Source: an uncultured Clostridia bacterium (lineage in GTDB: Bacteria > Bacillota > DTU025 > MWDF01). Taken from it: 62,585 nt of DNA. Positions within the stretch are counted from its first letter, which is position 1, and every line of letters starts with the position of its first letter. The translations under genes were made by a program, and so were the position numbers. The DNA lies in contig CAZHKX010000001.1 in assembly GCA_964532805.1 (NCBI GenBank), positions 1 to 62,585 on the forward strand, read 5' to 3'. The notes under the pieces were generated by a model that was not told the origin of the DNA, made no database searches, and was given only the letters and a program-made list of their open reading frames with translations. This document shows positions 1 through 9,911 of this stretch, piece after piece.

Positions 1-22
1 GAACTATCTGTGGCAAAAAGAA

Positions 23-54
23 AGGGACTGCCCCTTTGTTTTGGGACAGTCCCT
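23..54 (+). terminator. GC-rich stem-loop, possibly the terminator of a gene upstream of the window
   Basis: AGGGACTG (23-30) pairs with CAGTCCCT (47-54), and CCC/GGG pairs extend the stem. It is followed by CTCTCTTTAT, which is only a weak T-tract. Confidence 0.4.
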
Positions 55-207
55 CTCTTTATCGGAGCTTCCGGCTGAGATGGCGTTATCGCTGACGAAC
101 TGCTCCATGACAGAACCGCTTAGCAACATGGAATCCGATTCTTCTTGCTGTGCGGTTTCTGTGCTGGTAGAATATATATTCGCCGCTTTGCGGCAGAGGA
201 GGCTGGC

Positions 208-1596
208 ATGATAGGCTCTAAGGTCTATGACAGGATAAAGCCGCACATAGCCAACAAGGCCTTCTATAAGCATGCCTTGGCCGTGATGATGCCCATCATG
301 GCGCAGCAGCTAATAACCACGGTGGTAAACCTTGTCGACAACCTCCAGGTAGGCCAGCTCGGCTCCCAATCCATCGCCGGAGTCGGCATCGCCAGCCAGT
401 TCTTCTTCATATATACCCTGATGCTCTTCGGCATAGCCGGAGGCGGCGGCATATTCGTGGCCCAGTTCTGGGGCGCAAGGGACAACGACGGCATGAAGCA
501 GTCCTACAGGTTCATGCTTATATGCTCGTTCTTCGTCTCTATACTGTTCATGCTGCTCGCCTACTTCGGCGCGCCGCAGATAATCGGCTTCTTCACCCAG
601 GATGCGGGGACGATATCGGAAGGCGTCGCATACCTCAGGGTCGTGCTGTTCACCTTCATGCCGACGGCATTCAGCATCTCTACTGCCGGCTCCTTCAGGA
701 GCATCGGCCAGGCAAAGGTCGCCATGCTTCCGTCCATCGTGGCGGTGTTCGTGAACATGGTCTTCAACTACATCCTGATCTTCGGCAAGTTCGGAGCCCC
801 CAGGCTGGGAGTGCAGGGCGCAGCCCTGGCGACCATACTTGCTAGGCTTGTCGAGATGACCATGCTCTATATCGCTATGCGCAAGGACACCTGCCCGTTT
901 AGAAGCTCGGTATCCAGGATGTTCAAGGTGAAGCCGGCGCTGTTCAAAACGATACTGGTGAAGTCGCTGCCGCTCATAGCAAACGAGCTTCTGTGGTCGA
1001 CTGGAGTCACGATGCAGTTTAAGGCCTACTCCACCCGCGGAGTCGTCGCCCTTGCGGCGCTTAATATCATGAACGCCGTGAACAACATGTTCTTCGTGGT
1101 CAACAGCGGCCAGGCGACGGCGATCTCCGTTATCATCGGCCATGCGCTTGGAGCGGACAGGCTTGATGAGGCGCGCAGGGATTCCAGAAGGCTCATAGTG
1201 TTCGGGATAATGATATCAGGATGCCTTATGATCCTTCATATAGCCTCCGGACTTGCGATACCGTCTATCTACAATGTGACGGAGGAGGTGCGCACCACTG
1301 CAAGGATCCTGACCTCGCTGTCGGCGGTCATGATGCCGATCTACCTGACCAACGCCGGCTTCTTCTTCGTGCTCAGGTCCGGCGGGGACACGAAGTCCGT
1401 GATGCTCATGGACTCCCTGTTCACATGGTTCATAACCGTACCGTATGCCCTTTCGATCGCCTACTTCACGAAGGTGACCCTGCTGCAGCTGTTCCTCCTG
1501 GTGCAAGTCACGGAGTTCGTGAAGCTTACGATAGCGTACACCCTATTCAGGAAGGAACGCTGGGTCAAGAACCTCACCACAGGCGCAAACCGCTAG
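208..1596 (+). CDS. MATE family efflux transporter
   Basis: Long polytopic ORF with MATE-like N-terminus (MPIMAQQLITTVVNLVDNLQVGQLG) and an internally duplicated hydrophobic pattern. GAGGAGG lies 5 nt before ATG 208, so the 145 start is trimmed. Confidence 0.85.
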   Translation: MIGSKVYDRIKPHIANKAFYKHALAVMMPIMAQQLITTVVNLVDNLQVGQLGSQSIAGVGIASQFFFIYTLMLFGIAGGGGIFVAQFWGARDNDGMKQSYRFMLICSFFVSILFMLLAYFGAPQIIGFFTQDAGTISEGVAYLRVVLFTFMPTAFSISTAGSFRSIGQAKVAMLPSIVAVFVNMVFNYILIFGKFGAPRLGVQGAALATILARLVEMTMLYIAMRKDTCPFRSSVSRMFKVKPALFKTILVKSLPLIANELLWSTGVTMQFKAYSTRGVVALAALNIMNAVNNMFFVVNSGQATAISVIIGHALGADRLDEARRDSRRLIVFGIMISGCLMILHIASGLAIPSIYNVTEEVRTTARILTSLSAVMMPIYLTNAGFFFVLRSGGDTKSVMLMDSLFTWFITVPYALSIAYFTKVTLLQLFLLVQVTEFVKLTIAYTLFRKERWVKNLTTGANR

Positions 1597-1609
1597 GAGG
1601 CCGCTAAAG

Positions 1610-1629
1610 GCTTCCTGGCGCTTCCTGGC
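1610..1629. repeat. Perfect tandem direct repeat GCTTCCTGGC x2 in the MATE-LysE intergenic region
   Basis: Read directly: GCTTCCTGGC at 1610-1619 and again at 1620-1629. Function unknown. Confidence 0.6.
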
Positions 1630-1740
1630 TCCCATCTTCCCTTGCATAGTGAATATTCGCATAATGGTGCGCAAACGGGCCCCTTGTGGTATATTTCTAC
1701 AAAAAGGCCGCCGCTTGCGGATAGATATGAGGTCATAAGA

Positions 1741-2319
1741 ATGAACTACGCTTCTTTCTTCTCGTACACCATACTGCAGATAATAACGCCTGGGCCGAAC
1801 AACATCATGGCCATGAACAACGGCATCAGATACGGGGTGGCAAAGAGCCTCGGCTTCAACTTCGGGGTCTTCGCCGGGCAGACCATGAATGTGCTCCTTG
1901 CGAGCCTATTCAGCTCCTACCTCTACAAGCTGGTCCCGCAGGTGAAGCCGTTCGTGACGCTCGTCGGCGCTGCCTATATCCTATACCTGGCATGGAGGAC
2001 GTGGAACGCGAGGCCTCACTCAAACTCGGGAGGAGCCAGCATACACACTTTCCTTCCGGGAGTCGCCGTGCAGTTTATAAACCCCAAGGGCATACTGATG
2101 TCGCTGACTGTGGCCTCGGTCTACATAACCCCGAACTTCACGGAATTGTTGCCCATAATCGCCCTTGCGTTGCTTGTCGGGGCTATGTGCATTGCATCCA
2201 CCCTGATTTGGGGAGGCTTCGGCGCGCTCTTCCAGTCGTTCTATGAGAAGAACTACAAGCCCGTCAACGCGGTGATGGCGATACTTCTTCTGTACTGCGC
2301 CGTATCCCTGTTCCTATAG
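1741..2319 (+). CDS. LysE/RhtB family amino-acid exporter
   Basis: N-terminal ILQIITPGPNNIMAMNNGIRYG motif and a ~6-TM profile typical of LysE translocators. Start ATG 1741 chosen (MNYASFF). Confidence 0.8.
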   Translation: MNYASFFSYTILQIITPGPNNIMAMNNGIRYGVAKSLGFNFGVFAGQTMNVLLASLFSSYLYKLVPQVKPFVTLVGAAYILYLAWRTWNARPHSNSGGASIHTFLPGVAVQFINPKGILMSLTVASVYITPNFTELLPIIALALLVGAMCIASTLIWGGFGALFQSFYEKNYKPVNAVMAILLLYCAVSLFL

Positions 2320-2350
2320 ATGGCAGGGGGATCACTGCCGGATCGATGAA

Positions 2351-2380
2351 AAGGGGCCCGTCTTCACGGACGGGTCCCTT
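2351..2380. terminator. Bidirectional stem-loop between convergent genes
   Basis: AAGGGGCCCGTC / GACGGGTCCCTT form a 12-bp stem (one G-T pair) with a 6-nt loop, between the LysE stop and the stop of the minus-strand oxidoreductase. Confidence 0.5.
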
Positions 2381-2402
2381 CACATGAATATGCCAGCCTT
2401 CT

Positions 2403-3545
2403 CTAGACTACGGCCGGCTCGACTATCATCTCGCCCCTCTCGAAGCGCCTGTAATCCAGCATGGAGATGTCCATGGAGGTTTCGCCGCGGGCGACCATCT
2501 CCGCCAGGAGCTTTCCTGTGAACGGGGCAAGCATGAAGCCGTGGCCGGAGTATCCGCAGGAGATGAAGAAGCCCTCGACTTCGGTCCTTCCTAGAAGCGG
2601 CTGCCTATCCGGCGTCATGTTGTACATCCCGGCCCACTGCCTTACCACCCTGATGTTCCTCGTGCGTGGAAGAAGCTTTGTGAAGACGCTCGCCATGTGG
2701 CCGAGGAAGTCCCATGAGACGTTGTTCGCGAAGTCCTGGGGATGGCCCTCGGGGCTGCATCCTCCGATTATCGAGCCATGAGGCCTCTGCTGTATGTAGT
2801 AGTTGCCCGAGAAGCTCATGAGCATCGGCGGGCATACACCCAGATCCACCGGTTCGGTGATGAGTATCTCATGCCTTTCGGAGAAGACGGGAAGGTCGAT
2901 ACCCGCCATCTTTCCTACGACCTGGGAGTAAGGCCCCGCGCAGTTTACCACCGCCCTGGTCCAGACCGTGCCCTTGCTCGTCAGCACGGACTCCACCCTG
3001 CCGCCGGTGACGTTTATGGCCTGCACCTCGGTGAACCGCTCGAACTCCACGCCCATCCTCTTCGCCGCCTCGACATAGGCGAAAGTCGTAAGGAACGGGT
3101 CAGCATGACCGTCCTTCGAGTGGAAGGTGAAGCCCACCGCATCCTCAGCCCATAGCCCGGGGCAGATCTCATATGCCTCATCCTTGCTCACCACACTGGA
3201 GCCTATGCCGCATGAGTTCTGAAGGCAGACGTTCTTCTGCAGCTGCTCGAACTCGCTATGCTTGTAGGCTACCATCAGATATCCGCACTGGTTCAAGCCG
3301 ATGTCCATGCCGAGCTCTTCCTTGAGATTCTCGAAGGTCGAAAGCGCGTTTGCCGCTATCTGGCAGTTCATGAGGGTGCCCCACTGAGCCCTTATCCCGG
3401 CGCCGCACCTTCCCGTCGAACCGCCGCATATGGTATCGCGCTCTACGACGAGTATGTCCTTTACGCCAAGCCTCGCTAGGTTATAGGCCGTCGCCGCCCC
3501 GTTTATGCCGCCGCCTATGATGACCACGTCCGCCTTCGTCATCAT
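2403..3545 (-). CDS. FAD-dependent oxidoreductase (DAO family; sarcosine oxidase beta / proline dehydrogenase beta / HcnC-like)
   Basis: N-terminal dinucleotide fold ADVVIIGGGINGAATAYNLARLG, ~380 aa. Start overlaps the stop of the upstream gene (ATGATGA). Confidence 0.85.
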   Translation of the reverse strand: MMTKADVVIIGGGINGAATAYNLARLGVKDILVVERDTICGGSTGRCGAGIRAQWGTLMNCQIAANALSTFENLKEELGMDIGLNQCGYLMVAYKHSEFEQLQKNVCLQNSCGIGSSVVSKDEAYEICPGLWAEDAVGFTFHSKDGHADPFLTTFAYVEAAKRMGVEFERFTEVQAINVTGGRVESVLTSKGTVWTRAVVNCAGPYSQVVGKMAGIDLPVFSERHEILITEPVDLGVCPPMLMSFSGNYYIQQRPHGSIIGGCSPEGHPQDFANNVSWDFLGHMASVFTKLLPRTRNIRVVRQWAGMYNMTPDRQPLLGRTEVEGFFISCGYSGHGFMLAPFTGKLLAEMVARGETSMDISMLDYRRFERGEMIVEPAVV

Positions 3546-3832
3546 GGGCGGCCACCTTCCTTTCCGGAGCCGGCAAGAAGCCCGAGCTTGATCGGCTTCG
3601 CCGGCGGCCTGAAGCTGGGGGGCTTGACCTCGCTTACCTCAATGCCCTTAAGCCGCGCTATCTCCCTTACCAGTATGTCGGTGCATCCCCTGCCCTGGCA
3701 GGGTCCCATCCCTATCCTAGTCACCCTTTTGAGCTCCTCCGGGGTGTCATACCCTCTTAGGATCCATTCCCTGACCTCGTCGATGGAGATCTCCTCGCAC
3801 CTGCAGATGTAGACCTTCTCGCTACCTGCCAT
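3542..3832 (-). CDS. BFD-like [2Fe-2S]-binding small subunit
   Basis: 96 aa with CRC...CQGRGC cysteine pattern (ICRCEEISIDEV...GMGPCQGRGC) typical of the BFD-like 2Fe-2S domain. Confidence 0.75.
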   Translation of the reverse strand: MAGSEKVYICRCEEISIDEVREWILRGYDTPEELKRVTRIGMGPCQGRGCTDILVREIARLKGIEVSEVKPPSFRPPAKPIKLGLLAGSGKEGGRP

Positions 3833-4343
3833 CTGAGCTCACCACCCTTACGGCCCTCACGCTGTCCTTAAGCTCTGCGGGAACAGGCACTGCCACGACA
3901 TATGTCCTGTCCTTGAACGGCTCCAGCACTTGCTCTATCCTGGACCTGTAGACTGCATTGCCCTCCCTGTCCAGGCAGTCCGCCTCCATTCCCTTTTGGG
4001 GTTTGGGAAGCATCTCGTACGGAAGCTTCATGAGCGCCCAGCCCTCTTTCCAGGCTAGGTCCACTACGAAGCAGGCAAGCCCCGGGCATCTTGCGACGCA
4101 CCTTGTGCATCCCGTGCACTTAGAATAATCCACCCTCGGCACGTCGTTGATGTCCTCGAAAGGCAGCACGGCGCCTGTTGGGCAGCTTGTGTGGCACGGA
4201 TTGCAGGGTATCCTCTGGGGGCACTCTATCACCACATAGCCGTTCCTCTTCCTGATCCAGTCCTCTTCCTCGGGCACGCAGACGCCGGGCCTCATTCCCC
4301 GAAGCACCCCAGAGCAGTATAGAAGCTCCTCAAAAGTCGGCAT
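3822..4343 (-). CDS. 4Fe-4S ferredoxin-domain subunit
   Basis: Two Cys clusters: CPQRIPCNPCHTSCP and CTGCTRCVARCP. Its stop overlaps the start of the downstream gene by 11 nt. Confidence 0.65.
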   Translation of the reverse strand: MPTFEELLYCSGVLRGMRPGVCVPEEEDWIRKRNGYVVIECPQRIPCNPCHTSCPTGAVLPFEDINDVPRVDYSKCTGCTRCVARCPGLACFVVDLAWKEGWALMKLPYEMLPKPQKGMEADCLDREGNAVYRSRIEQVLEPFKDRTYVVAVPVPAELKDSVRAVRVVSSDGR

Positions 4344-4346
4344 CGC

Positions 4347-5435
4347 TTACTCGCCTCCTTCACAAAGGGCGCAGGCGATGCCCGCCCTGATCTTCTCGCA
4401 AACCTCTCCTGCCCTCAGGTGCTCCAGTCTAGCTAAGAAGCTCTCATGCCTGCCCTCAGCCGGCTTGTATCCCAGCGTCGATGCGGCACCCAGCCCGGCT
4501 AGCCTTCCTTCTACCATGGCCGAGCTCGCCTCCTCTATGCCGGAAGCGTCGCCTGCAACCCAGATATCCCTGTTGGTGGTCCTCAGCCCGCAATCCCTTA
4601 CCGGCACATAGCCGCAGAGCTGGGGGATGTACTTCATCTGGCAGCCTGCCTGCCAGAGCATCTCCACAGTGGGGGTAAGCCCGACTGCAAGGCAGATGGT
4701 GTCGCACTCCACTGTGAACTCCTTGCCGGTAGGCCTGAACCTCTCATCGAGCTCCATGACCTCGGCTCCGGTTACCACAGAGTCCCCGATCGCCCTTTTT
4801 ATGCTGTGCATGAGGAATATTGGGATGCCGAGCCGCCTGATCTTAGCAGCGTGCACCCAGTAGCCTCCTACTTTGGGCATAGCTTCTAGCACGCCGACGA
4901 CTTCGACTCCAGCTTGCATCAGCTGATAGGCGACGATTATGCCAATGTTGCCGGCGCCTACCATGAGCACGCGCTTTCCGGGCGCCACGCCGTACACGTT
5001 CATGAGGGTCTGGACTGCCCCAGCCCCGTACACTCCCGGCAGGTCGTTTCCCGGGAAAGGTATCAGCCTCTCCTGCGCGCCTGCGGCGAGCACGATCTTG
5101 CCGGGCTTCACAAGGAAGTACTCCTCCTCGCCCTTTGTCAGGGCGACGGTCCCATCCTCCCTGTAGTAGCCGGTGGCCGTGGTGTCCGTCATCGCCTTGA
5201 CCTTGCCTGAAAGGCCCTTTAGCTCCTCAAGCAGTATGTCCGAGATCTTGTAGCCCCTCGTCCCGGCGAACTCGTCCCGGCTTCCGAAGAACTTGTGCGT
5301 CTGCTTTATCAGCTGCCCTCCGAGCATGGGGGAGCTGTCGACCAGCATGACCTCCGCCCCCATCGAAGCAGCCTCGCACGCTGCCGACAGGCCGGCCGGC
5401 CCTCCACCTATTACGAGGATCTCGGTCTTAAGCAT
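4347..5435 (-). CDS. NAD(P)/FAD-dependent pyridine-nucleotide-disulfide-type oxidoreductase (HcnB / OoxA / PDH alpha-like)
   Basis: Two Rossmann motifs (ILVIGGGPAGLSAA and VLMVGAGNIGIIVAYQL). Start at ATG 5435 (MLKTEIL) overlaps the upstream TAA by 8 nt (GATGCTTAA). Confidence 0.8.
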   Translation of the reverse strand: MLKTEILVIGGGPAGLSAACEAASMGAEVMLVDSSPMLGGQLIKQTHKFFGSRDEFAGTRGYKISDILLEELKGLSGKVKAMTDTTATGYYREDGTVALTKGEEEYFLVKPGKIVLAAGAQERLIPFPGNDLPGVYGAGAVQTLMNVYGVAPGKRVLMVGAGNIGIIVAYQLMQAGVEVVGVLEAMPKVGGYWVHAAKIRRLGIPIFLMHSIKRAIGDSVVTGAEVMELDERFRPTGKEFTVECDTICLAVGLTPTVEMLWQAGCQMKYIPQLCGYVPVRDCGLRTTNRDIWVAGDASGIEEASSAMVEGRLAGLGAASTLGYKPAEGRHESFLARLEHLRAGEVCEKIRAGIACALCEGGE

Positions 5436-5796
5436 CGTCCCGGCCCCCCGTCTCCGCAGGAGGAAGCTTTCCCCTGCCATGCTGGGTCTCCACCGCCATG
5501 CCCTCTTTAAGCGGCGTAACGCAGGTCCTCACATTGGGTATGCCGTCTACTACCATGAAGCATGAGCTGCACTTGCCTATGGCACAGAAAAAGCCCCGCG
5601 GCCTTTTATCCACGGGGCTGTGCCTGTAAACCTTCACGCCGTTTGCGTGCAGCGCCACTGCTATGGGCTCACCCTCGAAGCCCTGCAATAAGGCTCCGTC
5701 GAACGTGAACTCCACTTTCCTTCCATGCTTGAAATCCAGTATAGGGTGTGAATCTATCAGCTCCACCGTATCCCTCCTGATCATCCGCATGCTCAT
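5428..5796 (-). CDS. [2Fe-2S]-binding small subunit (HcnA / SoxA N-terminal-like)
   Basis: FTFDGALLQGFEGEPIAVALHANGV...CAIGKCSSCFMVVDGIPNVRTC is typical of the Fer2_4-type domain. The tracked ORF's 5' extension runs into ftsH, so an internal ATG at 5796 is used. Confidence 0.7.
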   Translation of the reverse strand: MSMRMIRRDTVELIDSHPILDFKHGRKVEFTFDGALLQGFEGEPIAVALHANGVKVYRHSPVDKRPRGFFCAIGKCSSCFMVVDGIPNVRTCVTPLKEGMAVETQHGRGKLPPAETGGRDDA

Positions 5797-5860
5797 TTTT
5801 CCTATGGATGCGGGGCAAAAAGGGCCATGCCCATGGCCCGTAGCCCCTTTATGCAATGGG

Positions 5861-7789
5861 TTATCGCTCTTCCGCCGCCGGTTTGTTGAGAGGAGCCTGG
5901 ACGGGCTGCTTCTCAGCTGCCTGAGCGCCCTCCGCATCCTGCTGGGGCGCAGGTTCCGGTGTGGGAACCTGCATGGGCGGCAGCTCCTTGCCCTCAAGAA
6001 CGAGGTCAAGTTCGCTTCCCTCGAGGTTCTCGCGCTCCTTAAGAACGGCAGCGATCCTCTTGAGAAGTTCGATATTGTCGGATAGCAGCTGTTTGGCCTT
6101 CGAGTAGCACTGATCGACTATGGCCTTTACTTCCTTGTCTATCTGGGCTGCGACCTCCTCGGAGTAGTTGCGCTCGCGGGAGATGTCCCTTCCTAAAAAG
6201 ACGTTCTGGGTATCAGGCCTGCCGTATGTTATAAGGCCGAGGCTGCTCATGCCGTATTCCACGACCATCTTCCTGGCAAGGCTCGTGGCCCTTTCCAGGT
6301 CCTTGGACGCTCCCGTCGAGACGTCGTCCAGGCAGAGCTCCTCTGCGACTCGCCCGCCGAGCGACATGGTGATGTTGTTGATGATATCCTCCCTGGAGGA
6401 GTACCTGAACTTCCTCTCGTCTTCCGGTATGACGAGCGTGAAGCCGCCTGCGCTGCCCCTTCCCACTATGGACACCTTCACTACCGGGTCGGCCCCCGGA
6501 AGAAGCTTCGCCAGCAGCGCGTGCCCTGTCTCATGGTAGGCGACGAGGTCCTTCTCCTTGTCTGTGAGAAGGCGACCCTTCTTGGCGGGCCCCATGACTA
6601 TCCTTTCGATGGCCTCGTCCATGAGGTCCATCGATATCTTCTTCCTTCTATAACGCACAGTTAGAAGCGCGGCCTCGTTAAGGAGGTTCTCAAGGTCGGC
6701 CCCAGTGAAACCGGGCGTGCGCCTTGCCAGCTCCTTGAGGTTGATCTCCGAGAGCTGCTTGTTCCTCGCGTATATCTTAAGTATCTCCTCGCGCCCCTTC
6801 GCGTCCGGGACGTCGAGCGTTATCTGCCTGTCGAACCTTCCAGGCCTCAAAAGCGCAGGGTCAAGCACGTCCGGCCTGTTGGTGGCCGCGACTACTATAA
6901 CACCCGAGTTGTTCTCGAATCCGTCCATCTCGACTAGGAGCTGATTTAGCGTCTGCTCCCTCTCATCGTGCCCGCCGCCAAGGCCTGCGCCCCTCTGGCG
7001 CCCCACGGCGTCTATCTCGTCTATGAAGATGATGCAAGGTGCCGCCTTCTTGGCCTGCGTAAACATGTCGCGGACCCTGCTTGCGCCCACTCCGACGAAC
7101 ATCTCGACGAAGTCGGACCCGGATATGAAGAAGAAGGGCACGCCGGCCTCCCCGGCCAGAGCCCTAGTAACGTGCGTCTTGCCGGTGCCGGGAGGTCCCA
7201 TGAGCAGTATGCCCTTGGGTATCCTCGCGCCCATCTCGGTGAAGCGCCTGGGGTATTTCAGGTAATCTACTATCTCAGCCAGCTCCTCCATGACCTCGTC
7301 GATTCCGGCGACGTCGGCGAAGGTCACCTTGCCCCTTCCGTCGGACTGAAGGCGGGCCCTGCTCTTGCCGAACTGCATGGCGCGGTTGTTCGAGCCCTGC
7401 ATCTGGTTGAGCATGAACATGAAGAAAAGGCCCAGCGCCACTATGAAGAAGATGTTGGGCAGAAGCGTCAGAAGCCAGTCGTTTGTCTTGGGCTTCTCTG
7501 ATATGGTGAGGCCCGCAAACTTATCAGGATTGTTCTTCACATCCTCGATTAGCCCGGCGGAGTTGGTGTAGTAGAGCTCGAACTTCTTGCCGTCGGCAAG
7601 CTCGCCGCTTATTATCCCCTCCGGCAGTATCTCGAGGATCTTGACGTTGCCGGCGTTCCACTCTGTTATGAAGCCGTCCGCAGTCATCTGCTCGGCCTTG
7701 TTCTGTGAGCCAAGGAAGTTCTGTCCTATTGTAACGGCGATAAGGAATATGAGTATCCATAACGCCGCCCTTTGAAAACCACGGTTCAA
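5861..7789 (-). CDS. ftsH: ATP-dependent zinc metalloprotease FtsH
   Basis: N-terminal TM, Walker [12 protein letters not shown] second region of homology, and zinc motif HETGHAL. Confidence 0.97.
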   Translation of the reverse strand: MNRGFQRAALWILIFLIAVTIGQNFLGSQNKAEQMTADGFITEWNAGNVKILEILPEGIISGELADGKKFELYYTNSAGLIEDVKNNPDKFAGLTISEKPKTNDWLLTLLPNIFFIVALGLFFMFMLNQMQGSNNRAMQFGKSRARLQSDGRGKVTFADVAGIDEVMEELAEIVDYLKYPRRFTEMGARIPKGILLMGPPGTGKTHVTRALAGEAGVPFFFISGSDFVEMFVGVGASRVRDMFTQAKKAAPCIIFIDEIDAVGRQRGAGLGGGHDEREQTLNQLLVEMDGFENNSGVIVVAATNRPDVLDPALLRPGRFDRQITLDVPDAKGREEILKIYARNKQLSEINLKELARRTPGFTGADLENLLNEAALLTVRYRRKKISMDLMDEAIERIVMGPAKKGRLLTDKEKDLVAYHETGHALLAKLLPGADPVVKVSIVGRGSAGGFTLVIPEDERKFRYSSREDIINNITMSLGGRVAEELCLDDVSTGASKDLERATSLARKMVVEYGMSSLGLITYGRPDTQNVFLGRDISRERNYSEEVAAQIDKEVKAIVDQCYSKAKQLLSDNIELLKRIAAVLKERENLEGSELDLVLEGKELPPMQVPTPEPAPQQDAEGAQAAEKQPVQAPLNKPAAEER

Positions 7790-7839
7790 ATCTATATCCT
7801 CCTTACGGGTCAGACGCGCATTACCTTAATATTATACCA

Positions 7840-9402
7840 TCATTCGTTCCCGCATCGCCCAGACCGCTTCTTCCATTCTATGCCCAGCACGAGCGCTGCT
7901 GACGACTCGGGCCCCAGCTTGGCTGCGCTTGATTGCCTTATGCCGGGCACCCATGCAATGGTTCCGTCCGAAAGGGTGATCACCGGCCACAGGGACCTTC
8001 TGTCCTTGGGCACCTTGGCATCGGTGAACAGGTCCTGCAGCTTCTTTCTCCCCCTCATACCGAACGGCGTGAGGCCGTCTCCCGGTTCCCATGCCCTTAT
8101 GCCTGCCTCTCCGGCGAGGTCTAGGTCGAAGACCGCCCATTCGATTCCGGCGCCCTCTTCCACCGCATGCCCGGAACCCATCGCCCTTGATGCGATCGCG
8201 GCGAGCTCCGCGTGCGAGTACCGCCTTTTGCCCGAAAGGTCCTCAGGAATGCCCACGGATGCCGCCCTTATCCTCATTAGAGGAGTGTCGGTTATCCCCG
8301 GCACCTCGATCTTCATGCCTTGAAGCTTCGAAGGCTCCCTCTCTCCGACGCGCCTTTCTATGATGAGCTCCCTGCCGCTTCTAGAGGCCCTTACCCCGCC
8401 CGGCAGGTACAGGGACCTGGCCCTTCCGGTCGAGGTCGCAAGCTTGGCCAGGTCCGTCTGGTTCGATGCATAGAGGTCGGATGCGCTGCCCCTTACATAA
8501 GCGAACGCGATTCTAAGGCATCTGGCGATGACGGCCGCGGCAATGCCCTGGAGTGGGTCAAGCCCCAGCACCACTCTCTCGTTGGGAGCGCCGGACCTGA
8601 AAGACTTCCTGAAGGCCTTCTCCCCCAGCTCGTCTAGTGCCGCCGATTCGTCCCTGGCTAGCTCAGCCGTCCTGCAAAGCACGTCGACTATGCTCGCCGA
8701 GTAGCTCCTCTCGAGCAGTGGCATCAGCTCATGCCTGACCTTGTTTCTTAGATAGCCCGTGTCGAGGTTGCTGGCATCCTCCCTGAACTCAAGACCGCTT
8801 GCCTTGGCGTAATAGGATACGTCCTGCTTTCTCACCGAGATGAGCGGCCGGACTATGTATATGCCGCCGGAGCTGCGGATGGCCGGCATTGCGCCCATCC
8901 CCCTGGTCCCGGTTCCCCTGATTATCCTCATGAGGACGGTCTCGGCCTGGTCGTCGGCATGATGGGCCAGGGCGGCGTACTTTGCGCCGAACTCCTCGGC
9001 CACCTCCCTGTAGAAGGAGTATCTTGCCCTTCTTCCGGCATCCTCAAGGTTTAAGCCGCTGTCGGAGGCTTCCCTTGCGATGTCCCTTGTCACAGACCTG
9101 AACGGAATGCCCCTTTTCTCGCAGAAGACCCTGCAATGCACCTGGTCGGCATCAGAATCGGCGCCCCTTAGCCCGTGGTTAAGATGCGCCGCCACCGGCT
9201 GGACGCCGATTTCCGGCCCCAGCTCGTAGAGCACATGAAGCAGCACCGTCGAGTCAACCCCTCCGGAGAAGCCCACCACCACGGGGACGACCGAACCCTC
9301 CTCCCTGTTTTTGAACAGGGCGGAGAAGAACTCCCGGACTGCCTTCTCCGCACAACCGGAAGGGCCGCCTGGGGTGCCGGCGCAAGCCAGTCCTCTTCTC
9401 AA
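7840..9402 (-). CDS. tilS: tRNA(Ile)-lysidine synthetase
   Basis: PP-loop motif GFSGGVDSTVLL and conserved tilS-ftsH synteny. The exact start is uncertain because the N-terminus is long. Confidence 0.85.
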   Translation of the reverse strand: MRRGLACAGTPGGPSGCAEKAVREFFSALFKNREEGSVVPVVVGFSGGVDSTVLLHVLYELGPEIGVQPVAAHLNHGLRGADSDADQVHCRVFCEKRGIPFRSVTRDIAREASDSGLNLEDAGRRARYSFYREVAEEFGAKYAALAHHADDQAETVLMRIIRGTGTRGMGAMPAIRSSGGIYIVRPLISVRKQDVSYYAKASGLEFREDASNLDTGYLRNKVRHELMPLLERSYSASIVDVLCRTAELARDESAALDELGEKAFRKSFRSGAPNERVVLGLDPLQGIAAAVIARCLRIAFAYVRGSASDLYASNQTDLAKLATSTGRARSLYLPGGVRASRSGRELIIERRVGEREPSKLQGMKIEVPGITDTPLMRIRAASVGIPEDLSGKRRYSHAELAAIASRAMGSGHAVEEGAGIEWAVFDLDLAGEAGIRAWEPGDGLTPFGMRGRKKLQDLFTDAKVPKDRRSLWPVITLSDGTIAWVPGIRQSSAAKLGPESSAALVLGIEWKKRSGRCGNE

Positions 9403-9405
9403 GTC

Positions 9406-9888
9406 CTATCTCCCCTTCTGAAAGAAGGTCGCAAGCCCAAGTATTATAAGTATGACGGGCCAGTATGTACCAAGGTCGAAGTCGATTCTGAACAGCCCGA
9501 ACTTGTCGGCAAGAAGCACGAAGCCCACAGCCGCGTACACAAGCCCGATGAGAAGCCCTCGGACAGTCCCGGACATGAGGGAGTTCGACATGAACGCCAA
9601 TCCCAGGATGATCACGAAGACGGGCCAAAGCTTGTTGATCCCGCCGGTAAGGTAGCCGCTTTCCGTAAGCAGGAACAGCAGCCCTACGAAGAACAGGATG
9701 ACCGCCCCGAAGAGCGGGTCCTTCTCGCCCCTGCGCACGGCGTCGGCGCCTATTGCGGCTCCGAAGGCCATCAGAAGCACAGGCCAGAGCACCAGCTTGT
9801 TTGGAAGCACCCCCATGCCTAGGTTATTAAGAAGAAGAACGATGCCCACAGCTATGAGGGCCAGCGCCAAGAACACCCTGCCTCTCAT
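9406..9888 (-). CDS. LiaI/LiaF-like (DUF5668-type) small membrane protein
   Basis: 160 aa, 4-5 TM, with repeated LLLNNLG / ILGLA motifs characteristic of LiaF-type TM regions. Confidence 0.55.
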   Translation of the reverse strand: MRGRVFLALALIAVGIVLLLNNLGMGVLPNKLVLWPVLLMAFGAAIGADAVRRGEKDPLFGAVILFFVGLLFLLTESGYLTGGINKLWPVFVIILGLAFMSNSLMSGTVRGLLIGLVYAAVGFVLLADKFGLFRIDFDLGTYWPVILIILGLATFFQKGR

Positions 9889-9911
9889 TTTCTCCCCTCC
9901 AAGAACCAGAT

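Noticed and set aside
4-273. 89-aa minus-strand ORF at the window start.
   Set aside because: It overlaps the MATE gene start and its RBS, has no motif, and its upstream part coincides with a terminator-like hairpin.
5797-6009. The 5' extension of ORF 5428-6009, which would overlap the 3' end of ftsH by about 150 nt.
   Set aside because: The extension is Arg/Ser/Pro-rich with no homology signal. The 2Fe-2S domain begins after the internal Met cluster (MSMRM), and starting there leaves a normal 64-nt gap to ftsH.
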